This document shows positions 36,760 through 48,612 of a stretch of 64,000 nucleotides of DNA, one piece after another. How positions within the stretch are numbered: the stretch's first letter is position 1; each line of letters opens with the position of its first letter. The translations under genes and the position numbers were made by a program. The notes under the pieces are model-generated. The model was not told where the DNA came from. It ran no database searches and saw only the letters and a list, made by a program, of their open reading frames with translations. Origin of the DNA: Balanoglossus misakiensis (lineage: Eukaryota; Animalia; Hemichordata); contig CM082583.2 of assembly GCA_040954595.2 (NCBI GenBank), positions 8,976,254 to 9,040,253 of the forward strand, read 5' to 3'.

Positions 36760-39700
36760 GCGAACGACTGAACATGTAAGCAATACTAATGAATCAACGC
36801 ACCCAATAAACCAATTGAGGAAAGTTTATTAACCAGGGAATTAAGTTAATAGTGGATGTCTGTGTTTAATTGTCTACGTGTAGACACTATTGTGACAGCA
36901 ATAAACATCACACTTGCCTCAGGGGGAATGGCCACTGAAATAGCCTCGTGAAATCTATTATATGTCCTGATGGCGAGATTCTCAAAGGGACCTGTCAGGT
37001 CTTGTCAAACGTTTCCTCTTTCTTTGTCCTCCCTCAGAACATTTTCCAAGTTAAATCTAAACTGCTGGAAATGAGAGGGTACGATTTCAACCGGATCTCT
37101 TTCCTCTCTCTCCTGAAATGCATTTTAAATTGGACTGCAGGGAACTGGCGGGCTAGTGTAATATCCGCGGTCAGACTGGGCACTTTCAGCAACCCTGGAA
37201 TGTGGCACACAAGTATCTGAGCTATGTTGGTAATTTCAATGTTTATAACTGAACTAAACCAAACTTATTGTGTTTTCATTAGAGGTGTTAAATGGAAGTT
37301 TTATGTTATAAAGACCACCAGATCCACTAAAACCCCAGTTTCAGAATGACTCAGTATCATATGTGGACCATGTATATTTTATTAGCAACCTATTAGGTTT
37401 GTAAAGTTTGGGAATTATTTTTTGATGGGCTTAGGGAACTTTTGAGATAATATTTATTTCTTGACTTGAAATGAATAGTGCGGCAATGTGCCGTTGTAAG
37501 TGGATATCTGTCCGAAAAATTACTTGGAGAGTAGTCGGTTAATATGGAGAGTTGACCCCGTCAACCATGGAAATAAATATGTTTCATGGGGCCACGACTG
37601 TAAAAACATTCTCTGTTCCGTGATGGTTCAATAAAAGCGGTAATTGTTGCAGGATCGGGGTCACCAAGCAGTTGTGCAGACGGTGTTTTCCGAGTGTGAC
37701 AATGTATCACCGATTGCGGGGCAGTTACAATTCCTGGTGTAAGATAACCAACTGGCATTGACATCCGTCAACAGGGCCGCATACCGGCCGCCTGATCGGG
37801 TGAGTCACGCACAAATGTCCGTTGGTGTCACTGATGCGTTCGGTTTTTCGCCCCGATTGCTGGCGATGATGTCATGGCCCGCCTAGGCTAGCGGTGGAAC
37901 TGCAGTGGTGCGGGTATATCTGTTTGACCTTAGGGGGCCCTGCCCACAGTTTGTAGTTTTGCGCTCATAAAACATTTACAACAAGTATAATGGACAAGAC
38001 AGAGCCAGATAATGAATGCGATAACAGTCGACATCTTTTCTCCATTCATTCATCACAAGGATACAAATGTACTTCTATTATTTTATTTTTTACAATCCAG
38101 AAAAAAATCGATGTGAAACAAGGCAACGGTAGAAAATATCCCTTGAAGATCCCATTTAGTGGAAAAGACCAGAGTGGGCCAATTACAGGTTGCTAAAAAA
38201 AATAAAAACGTCTCCTTTCTACCGTCTGTGGTATTAATGAACAAAAAGAATTAATATTTCACGAAGTACATACATCGCAGTGGTGATTCTGTTTCTGATT
38301 CCACCGTTGATTGCTCATTCAATCCAATAGATTTAATAATTAACGAGGGTAGATTTGTAAGACGACACCTTCTAGGAGTGGCTCCCCCTCCTTGGGAAAG
38401 AGATTAAGAGTCCCAATTGGTGATCCAGCCATCTCGCATGACCCAGGGGTGTCCGTGTATCATTTTTCCCCTTCTGGCTGTTAATTAAATTAATGCCTTT
38501 TCCCCATGAAATGGCATCGGCTGGGCGCGCTGCGGTTTATGTTTGCCGCTGGCATGCGATACGCTGCTTTAATTTCATCCAGATTACCGCCATGATTTAT
38601 GCAGTTGGAGAGTAGTTTCTGTTACTCAGCGGGGAGTAGGACAATGACAGAAAAACCAAGAAATGTTTGGAAATCCGATCTGGATGTTATCAGCCGGTGC
38701 TGTTTAAGGGGGAGCGATATGAGACACAAGGCAACCTCTGACCGGCAACACCCGCCTTAAGCCGATCGTGATCTTTGCGGTTTGAATTATTGACCGGAAA
38801 TATACTTTGCCATGACAACGCGGGTGAAAAAAAAGAGGGGAAAACTGCTACAGAGTCTGAGTCGTGGGTTGAAATCTGACGAGCGTAATGTTATCTCGCT
38901 GACTAGCTCCATTGGTAGCCTTTCAATGCCGCCTCTCGTCTTCCTGGAGGGGACTGAAAAGATTTCTCAAAAGTCCCGCACGGTTCTCATGACTCGATGA
39001 CATTTTCCGTTCCGCCATAAATATTGTGATCATGCGGCAGTCCCGGGCTGTGTTGGCGGGGGAGAGTCTATTCGTAGAACTCTAAAAAGTCATGTTCACA
39101 GCGTGCATTTGTGGAAATTGCATGCCGATCGTCGGACGGATTCGGAGGGGTATACATGATTAATTGGACAAGTGCCGGTGGCTACCACTAATGATTGATG
39201 CTTTCCCGGTGTTAACTGGATGTCCAACCATCGGAGGACACATCCTCATCCCCGCAAACTGGCCTTGTTTTGCTTTTATTGCTTCCAGTTAGTTTTAATG
39301 TCTTCGCCGGGCTCTTGCAGAAGGAGGAATGAAAGCACACACAAATTTACGTCCCGCTGCGGTGGCGATAAGATGCGACCTTTGACCCCCGCGTGCTGCC
39401 ATATATGGAATTTGTGCGAGTTACTTCGATCTGTGTGGTTGTGTGCTTCATGGTGCAAAGTTGTATCCAAACTGCCCGACTGCAGATGATAATGTGGAGT
39501 AAAGATGGCTGAATAGCAATGAAATTTAAATTGCCACAAATGTCTTGAGCATTGCATAGAATTCCATTTGTTGTTTCAGCATCAGAAAGGAGACAGTCAT
39601 CCACATTTGAAAATTATTCAGTTTGTTATATTTTCTTTCATTCGCCATTATGGGAAGTGTTATCGGCGTAATTGGTTGTCCTGAAATATTCCTGAAACAG

Positions 39701-42700
39701 TGGCCTTCTCTGACGTGCTCAGGTCACATTGAACGCAAATGCCGCAGCGCAAACGGAGACATTTGTCAGCTAGGTTAATAACAGAAGGTGGCATATATAC
39801 CTGCAATTGACGTACTTCTTTCGCTGGCCATATCGGTCGTTCATGCTCTGCGTACCAAACGCACATATCAGTTTTAAACTCATAAAGTGTAATGGCATGA
39901 ATATGATAGCTCGTTTACGCATAAAACAAGTATTAGATGACAGTGGTGAGAATCATGGGAGTAATGCAAGTATGTGCCCTGGGGGCTGGGCCTTGATTGT
40001 TTTCTCAGTTGGACAATAATAAGGCCGTAAACCGATCGCAAGTATTTCTATATTACTTTCACATGCGACATTCGACTTTGCATTTTCCACACATTATGGG
40101 AACCGCATCCCCAGAGTGCCTGCTGTACGCGGCATTGGTTTTCACTTCTTGCGTCATTTCCGCGTGGACACGTTTTGTGCATTCCATTTTAGTCGCGGTC
40201 CCGGTTTTTAAAAACTCATTAGCTGCTACTTGTACATTTTGTATCTTGATTTTTATTATCAAATTAAATGTACTGACTGAACATTGTGTGCACAAGTGTT
40301 ATTGACCACTGACTGGGACTGTAGGCTTGAGCAACGTGTGGTGTAAATAATAAAGTGGTGCCCCACTCAAATATGGCTGCTGCTATGCAAATATGCAAAT
40401 AATGTCCGTGCATTACCTGTGCTTGTGTCTGAAGAAAAAAATTCTATTTCATTATTTATTTTTATGAAAAAACATATCTTGTTATGATAATGCCGACCAA
40501 ATTTCTGAAAATATTTCAACATTCCCTGTGGCGTGAATGCAAATATTGTCAGAAACACTAGCTTTTTTTCTCTTTATGTTTGGTAACAGCTTTGGTGGGA
40601 AAGTTCCAATGTAAACTTTCAAACTGTGTGTTTGGTAAAGACATATTTCAACAGCGATGAAAACCAATAACAGAAAGGGGAAAAAAACGGTCAGTGGTGG
40701 TGGTAGGTGATAGGTAAAATTGAGAAACGCGAGCCAATGTTTTCGCATCCGCGCCGTTGGATGTTTGACCCTCGTCCGTGCACCCCCACGGTGGGAATTT
40801 GGTCTCCCAAAAGTCGAAAGCAGGTTTTGTAAATGTTTTTCTTTGAGAGGCGAAGCAGAAACCCCCCAACGGTCGACTTTCGACACTTTTGGTGGGAAAC
40901 TGGCACGGCCGCCTGGCAATAAATCCAAGCGTTTGTCACTGTACTTGCCCCCATGTATTTTATCAGTGTAGTTTCAAGTGAGATAGGTTATTTACACGAT
41001 GACCTTCTGGATAAGAACGGCGATAATTTACGCGGTTGTGATTGACAGCAACAGAAGGAGGAGGTATTTCTGTGTGATTTGAGTCGTGTTTGGTCCCCGG
41101 GATTTTGTACACACTGGTTCCGCGCCGGTACATCTATCTTATCAGCGCGGTATGCACTTAAATACTCCAGCATGACTTCCAGATGGAGGCGAAAAATTTC
41201 GTGACATTAATATGATAAGCTTGAAGTATGGGACATTAAAAAGACACAAACAAATCATGTTGGTCTTGCGGAGAGTAGGGTCTTGATATCAGCCGGGTGT
41301 GAGCTGACATGAGTGCATGGGTCTGGTGCAAGCCACAGTTGACTTCCAAAGTTGATCTTTTTCACTGATTTTTTTATTACAGGCACGTTGTATATATTTT
41401 TACTCCATGAAAAAGTTCTGTTAAACCTCAGAAACATTAAAATAGCATCATTCAACATTGTGTTGCATTCTTGGAGGCGGGTGGGGGGGGGGGGGGCTAC
41501 CTGTTGGTAAGATCTGAAGCATATTACACTCAGATCCATGGATCCAACTTGTGTTTGTATCTGTGTTCCATCATCCATCCATTAAAACTAAACCAGGAAT
41601 TGTCGGTCAGAACTCGTCAACATAAACCAGCATTGAATATTGCTCATGTGCATAAACACTGAGATTATACTGCAGTACTTTGTATGTAGCCACCGTAAAG
41701 GGTGTGCTATCGGACGGCCGTTTGTCTATCCAGGGATCATCGCAACTATATTAAAGATGACAATATATGGCTGCCTCTTACACTCAGTCCAACATTCACC
41801 ATCTGCTTGTGTTGTATATACAGAGTACATTCCCAGCATACAGTTCAATCCAAATATCAGGAAGTCATCAAAGTCAGCCCCGTTCAACGATGTCGAGCAA
41901 ACTGAAATAATGGGCCACGCTGGAGTACCCTGCATAAATATCAAAGATAAAACTCTCTCGTCAAGATAATCTCCCTCGTCTCTCCGTAAAAGATGAGAAA
42001 ATCACCTTGACTGAATGTGACATTTCTCAATTGCTCCGATCATGCATCATTACCGACGGAAACATTTCCCGTAATTTACCGATTTTCAAATGTCGCTACT
42101 ATCAATTCTTTGTTGGAGTTTTTTTTTCTTCCTTTTTTTTCGTTCTATTTTTTTTTTTAGCCCAGCACGCATTCAGATCTGTAGATTTTCCTCTTGTTGA
42201 TGGAAACTGTGGGATGAGAGATGCGTAAAGAGGAAGTCAGTCTCTCTCTCTCTCTCTTTCTCTTTGTACCGTCCCCCCAAAACGACTTCATACAGCAGAC
42301 AATGGCCTCAACAGGTAATTTGAACACACCGCCCTCGTGTCGCAGTTCCAGGATCACTCCAAAATTGTCTTCTGCGAGAAAGATAATTGGGAGAAATTCA
42401 TCAGCATGATAATGTTGACTTCTTTGGGGGAGCATTTTGCCCAGATTCACCGTGCCCTGTCATTACAGTAATGCTTGAAACCCTTAAAATCACCCTTAAT
42501 AAGAGACAGAGTAATTTCCCCTCTTTTTTTCACTCTCTCTATTTTTTTTTTTTTTTTGCTCTAGTTGGGAAAATGGAATTAAGTTCTCTGGAGGGAAATA
42601 TGTAAAAAGCTATTTTCTGTGTAAGGACAGACATCCTCAAATTGGTTTTCCATTTGTATAAAATTGAGCCGGCAGTCATAACCGGCCAATTAGGTTTCCC

Positions 42701-43803
42701 CTGGATGGTTGAAATTTCTAGCAGTCATATGAACCTCTCTGGTTTACTCAGGGGAAATGAAACCCCTGTAGGGCAACCGGCACATTGGCATGTGATTTCG
42801 AAGGTTTATATATTTATCCATCTGCTATATACAGATGTGTCGCGCGGCATCACGTAGTTCCTGCTTTTACCGCGCCGCCCCGAAAGCGATCGCGAATTCT
42901 GCTAGTGCTCGCACTCTGACGGGTGATGTTTTACGCTGTGATGCGCTGCACCGAGCAGCTTATATATATATTCGTAGCACAGGCTGATTCTTGGGCTTTT
43001 TAAATATGCCCAGATAAGCATGCTATTTCAGTCTGTCAACGGGATATTCCTGTTAGCTTTTGGAGAGCCCGTAATCACGGCTTGTAATTACATCGGGCCC
43101 CGTGGTTTGTTTGTCCTCTCCGCCGGGCATCACGCGCCAGAAACACTATCAGCGGGACGTTGTGAGACTGTTAGTGGTCTTGCCGGGCACTTTACTCGGC
43201 CATGATACACTTGTTGCTCGCTGTCCCATTAAAAAAAGCGAAGGCCATAATACCTCGGAGCAAATTACAACAGATTACTGCACTCTGGTGATGTGTGTGT
43301 GTGTCTGTGTGTGTGTGCGCACAGGGCAGTTCAGATTCCCATCACTGGAGTCCTGGCCGGAATCAGAACGTGATATGCAAGGATGAAACCTGACTCTATG
43401 CCATGGTGAACCAATTTGACAGATAGGGGAACCACGGTTGATGTCCAATTAAAGGGACAAAGTGGCCAACTTTTGACATTATTTGGTTATTTCATCTTCT
43501 TTGGTGGGGCAATTTATGTTGTTCTACTCACTGAAACATGTCCAATGATGTGTTGTCTTGGATCAATTCACAACCAATACATGGGCATGCATTACACCTG
43601 AATACTTCCAACACTTAATTTTTGGTCAGCACCAAAAATTATATTTTTAAGTTGTAGTGTTTGGTCATTGAGCATGTTTAAACTTTAAAGTGCCTTACAT
43701 GTAGGGTCTTTCTTCAGATGCCATGCAGAATTGCAAAAAAAATTCAGTGGAAAGATAACAAACTGCCTGCCATCCCTGCCCACTCTGAAGTCCATTCAAC
43801 TAC

Positions 43804-43827
43804 TCTCTCTCTCTCTCTCTCTCTCTC
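43804..43827. repeat. (CT)n microsatellite; shorter (CT)n near 42240 and (TG)n near 4317, 11369 and 43292
   Basis: Direct reading of dinucleotide runs. Confidence 0.9.
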
Positions 43828-46800
43828 CAGTCAACACAAGACCTTCTCTCAGATCAGAAATCTGGTGAGAAATTTTAATAAGTTTCCACTTTAATAAAAG
43901 CTGCATTCCACATGCCTGCATTCATCGCTGTGAGCCATGTTAATCAATGGCAAAGCAAGCGTTAGGGAGGCATCATGCTGGCCGCACTGTCAAAATATTG
44001 GAAAACAGATATGGATGAGGCATTTTAATAAATTAGCCAAGGATATTGCATCGTCTTTCTTTCCTTTTTCCAAAATATCCCCGTGATAAGTTGTCTTCAT
44101 ATCAGCCGAGAATAGATTAATCTCTTTTTTTTATATATATATCTGTCAGACCGGATTGAGTTCTACAAAGACGCGCATCCACTGGCATACATCATCGCGA
44201 TGTCATTTTTAGCAGGCTTAGTAATTTTATCCGCACACTGATTATCACTTTATAATTGTCAGTTTTAGCGCTAATACCATTATCCCAGTTTCCCCGGGAT
44301 GAGTGATGGGTTTTCATTTCTGCGGTCGGAACTCTCATTTCTCCGAGCAAATTTGCATTTGAATTAGAGGCGCAGTTTGCCATGGCAGGCAGGGGAGGCG
44401 GGGAATGATTGTATCAACATCAGGAGCAGCCGAGTTGACCTTAGTGTTTATTTATGCCGGGGTGGAAAGCAGGCTGACTCAGTTTATTTAGATTACTCCT
44501 GTTCAACTGTTCACTGTGTGTTTTGATAGTGGTTGGATATGTAGTTACACTCACAGGCACACAAGGCAAAAAAAAAAATATTATCCTCGGGCCCATTCGC
44601 CTAGTGCTGCCTGCCTGCCCTCTGGCAAGGGTTTCAATTGCCCCAATGAAAGACGCTATAGAAAATGAATATTTTTATTTCCGCTGGTATCGGAAATCGT
44701 TGTGAAAAAAAACTCTAAATTGGGAGCGTGCGCCACTTGTGCATTTATTGCTATAAAAGCAGATTGCTCTGTCGTCTGTCTCTGTTCCTGTTCTTGGTGG
44801 TTGAAAAAAACTGAAATAATTATCCAATCTCATTCCCATGTAACGAAACAGTCTAAAAATAAAGACAAAAGAATGTGTGTATACTATTCCAGAAGACAAA
44901 AATAGCATGTCTCAGTAATAAAAAATTTCCATGCCATTTTTTTTCTTCTATAGAGCCGATCATAGAACAAGTGATTGCTTGTCTTGGACAGTTTCAACAG
45001 TGTAATATCTAACAAACCATTGCGGCATGCAAGAGTTGCTTTCACTCTCAATTGAGAACAGTCACAACATTCACCACCCCTGGAAAGTGATACCTTCCTT
45101 CCCTCCCCCCAACCATAATGGTTTCACCCTGCTGATTATGGGGGAAATGTTTAATTAAATCAATAATTTGGGTGATTACAGGATTAATGGGAGGGGCATG
45201 GAGCGGTGATCCACTGCATGACTAGGAAACCAATCATGTCATTAATATGCAAATAACAAGAGTCCTGCACACAAACTTTAATGATCTCTAGACAACCTTG
45301 AGTGGGGGAAAAAGTAAACAGACTAGATGGCGGTGGATTGTGTGGTGAACGGCTATTAATGATCAATGATTTTTTTTATGAGTGAAGTAGAAATTTCTCT
45401 GAAGTTTGAGTGCTGAGATGAAGTCTATACAGGCAAAGAGCGGACAAATGTGTGCAATATAACAACTGTGAATCTTTACACACACTCAAAATCCCTGCAT
45501 AGCTTTATCTGACAAATTCGTCAGTGGAGTATTTCATCACTATTTTTTTTAATCAGAATGACTGGGCTCATTTGCAGGGAAATGTGTACGAATTAGATTA
45601 CATTATCATGATTCTAACCAGGTAGATGTCATCATATCTTTGGAGAATAGGAAATATTTCTTCTGTGTCAGCTTGCGACCGAGTTTGAACGTGATTGGAA
45701 AATGAGATCTGAATGGCGGTGAAATGGAATGAAATGTTCCCCCCATTAGCGCGTCGCTGGTTTGTGTTCGACTCCCCCCTGTACACGGGCATAGGAGTAA
45801 TCTGAAATGCTTTGTGGCGTTTGAAAAGACTGCAGAATAAATTCCAGCATTCAAGGAGCAATTTGTTATTGATGAGAAACGCGCCTAATTTGTATTGAGT
45901 TTTTCGGGAGACGGTGAAAGCAATCAATGGAGGCACCATTTGAGTCTATTCTGAAATGAACACCAATAATATTGATCGTTATGTCTATAACATCCTCTTT
46001 CTTTGGAAATTTGTTTTCAATGTGACGACAATGGGTATTGATGGGTAAGGGTTTAACGTTCCCAGCAGTTTGGTTGAATTCCCCTCCCTTGTTGTCACAA
46101 CGGTTATAGGTTTGGAGGGGGGGGGTGACTGTGTGTGTGTGTCTATTTCTGTGTTGATGTATAGTGTTTGTCAGGATCGGTTTTTACGATAGACGCCGCC
46201 TGTCTGCTGGCTCTAAGCTTACACCTGTGCTGGGAAGACGACGTCATAATGACCAGATAACAACATCCATGCTCCATCTTCACTGAGTACTTATCAACAA
46301 ATAATTTTCTTCCCCACGGTCATTTTTATTGATTTATTTTGACATTCAGGAAAGACACGAGAACTGAACGAGACTTGATTCGTTTTCTGTAACAGAAAAA
46401 AAAAATGAGCTGCACTCAAATCTGTTGTGACGTTGAAAAAAAAAACGCCGTCGGGGTAAAACCCCTTTGAAATTACTCTCCGTTTTAATTTTCTTATGGA
46501 GCTTCTCGTATTAATTTCATAGCATTCCAATTTCAGCATATTTCATCCCTTAGTCAGATTAGAAGTCTGTTCCATTCAGAGCCCAGCGTAAGCCCGTGTT
46601 AGCCTTTTCAAGCTGCAGCGGGGACTTAACTCTGAGTCGCGGAGTGTTTACGCCAGCTTTGCATCGGTAAAGCGCAGAGCAGATTAGGCCAGGCAGCGAA
46701 ACCCTAAGACGCTGTGTAAAATCGCTCTAAATACTCACTGCAAATCAATGGGCACACTACAAATGCGCTTAGCGGAGGAGCTCAGCGCATTGTGGCGTAA

Positions 46801-47120
46801 TCTGCTTAACTCTGTCCTGAATAGTGTTGGTCTTCTGTGCGCGCTAATCCCCGTTTTGTGCAGGTTCTGAGGAACCCTCTTGTGAATGATAATGATTTTG
46901 CTCGAGTTGTGAGCGTAGACCATTCCTTGGTGGGGGGAGGAAGGCCATTGGCTCAATCCCTGCCCATCCAAGTGTATTGGTGTAGGTACAGGGGGGATGT
47001 CAGTCGCCAGTTCAAATACTGACATCCAGCCAGAGTTAATACCTCCCCTAAATCATTATTGGCTGCAGAAACATTCCCTGATGGAGGAGAAAAGCTCTCG
47101 TCATCCAATCAGAACCCTTG

Positions 47121-48612
47121 TTATTAGGGTTTCGAGACCAGAGGGGTCTCGAAACCCTCTTGAAATCGTGTTGTTTTTTATTATTATTATTCTTCTTCCC
47201 ACTTTTAAAAACAGCCGCTATTCGAAGACCGTTGCACCCAATGACTTGAAATTTGGCTCATAGGTAAAACTCAAAGCAAGTAATTTTTTGATCATGTCAC
47301 TATGGCAACAGGTCACATGACCTGGCAGCCATCTTGGATTTAAACTTTTAAATTGGTCTAATTTGCATAAAAAATGAAGAATCCAAATTCTGTTCAGAAA
47401 CTTTGTGGACCATATGGCCAGGGTCCTATATGCCAAATTTCAATGTCTAAGTCCTTGCCGATTTTGAGGAGATGATTTTTAAAGCATTATTTTTCATATT
47501 TTCCATGACCATTGGACCCAGCCATTGGCCTATACTTTCCATGGTTAAGCTATGGCCCCCTAAGGATTTTAGATTTATGCCCAATATCTCAACATCCGCT
47601 GGGCTGATCAGCTTCAAATTTTGTGTGCAGCTAGCCTACCTTCCGACAATCAGTTCCAACTGGAAAAAATAATATGGAAAATCGACCGATTTTTTTACAT
47701 TAATTTTTTTATGAAATCTATACCTATACTTATTCCACTATACTTAAGCTATGGCCACATAGTTTTGTAGAATTCTGGTCGGTGCAATAGTCTGCAGGAC
47801 CAAAATAAGAAGCCAAATTTAAGGCTCACCTGTGACACCTGCTCAACTCATTAATTATGTGCATACCTAATTCCAGGCAAACCAATAGGGCTACAGGTCT
47901 GGTTTTTGTCAGACATGGACCAGTATGGGGTCAAATTTTTTTCCCGAATTTGGGGTGACCTTGGGTGACCTTTGACCTACTTTCGCATATCTCAGCATCC
48001 AGAGCAGGTACAGCTCAGGTGTTTGGGTGGATGGGACCAAAATAAGAAGCCAAATTTAAGGCTCACCTGTAACACCTGCTCAACTCATTAATTATGTGCA
48101 TACCTAATTCCAGGCAAACCAATAGGGCTACAGGTCTGGTTTTTGTCGGACATGGACCAGTATGGGGTCAAATTTTTCCCCCAAATTTTGGGTGACCTTG
48201 GGTGACCTTTGACCTACTTTCACATATCTTGGCATCCAGAGCAGGTACAGCTTAGGTGTTTGGGTGGACGGGACCAAAATAAGAAGCCAAATTTTAGAGT
48301 CACCTGTGACACCTGCCTAACTCATTAATTATGTGCATACCTAATTCCAGGCAAACCAGTAGGGCTACAGGTCTGGTTTTTGTTTGACATGGACCAGTAT
48401 AGCGTAAACATTTTCTGCTCATATTAAGCGTGACCTCACGTGACCTTTGACCTACTTTTCCACATCTCAGCATCCACAGCACATACACCCTTGGCATTTG
48501 GAGTGATAGAACAACTAATGCAGTAATTAAATATGCACAAATCTATCTCCAGACGAACCAATAGGGCTAGTAGTGTCTCGAAACCCGCTTATTGCTGTTC
48601 ACAGCTATATTT
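47121..48612 (+). mobile_element. Structurally complete HINE/DINE-1-type non-autonomous Helentron, about 1.5 kb
   Basis: 5' perfect 14-bp inverted repeat agggtttcgagacc (47126-47139) / ggtctcgaaaccct (47145-47158), then a (TAT)n(TCT)n microsatellite and an internal tandem array. The 3' end has a subterminal copy gtctcgaaaccc (48575-48586) and a stem-loop gctg-ttca-cagc (48594-48605). Flanks are T-rich with no target duplication. Confidence 0.85.
47797..48490. repeat. Internal tandem array, 237-bp unit, about 2.9 copies
   Basis: ggaccaaaataagaagccaaattt starts at 47797, 48034 and 48271 (exact 237 spacing). Copies 1 and 2 are nearly identical; copy 3 diverges in its second half. Confidence 0.95.
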
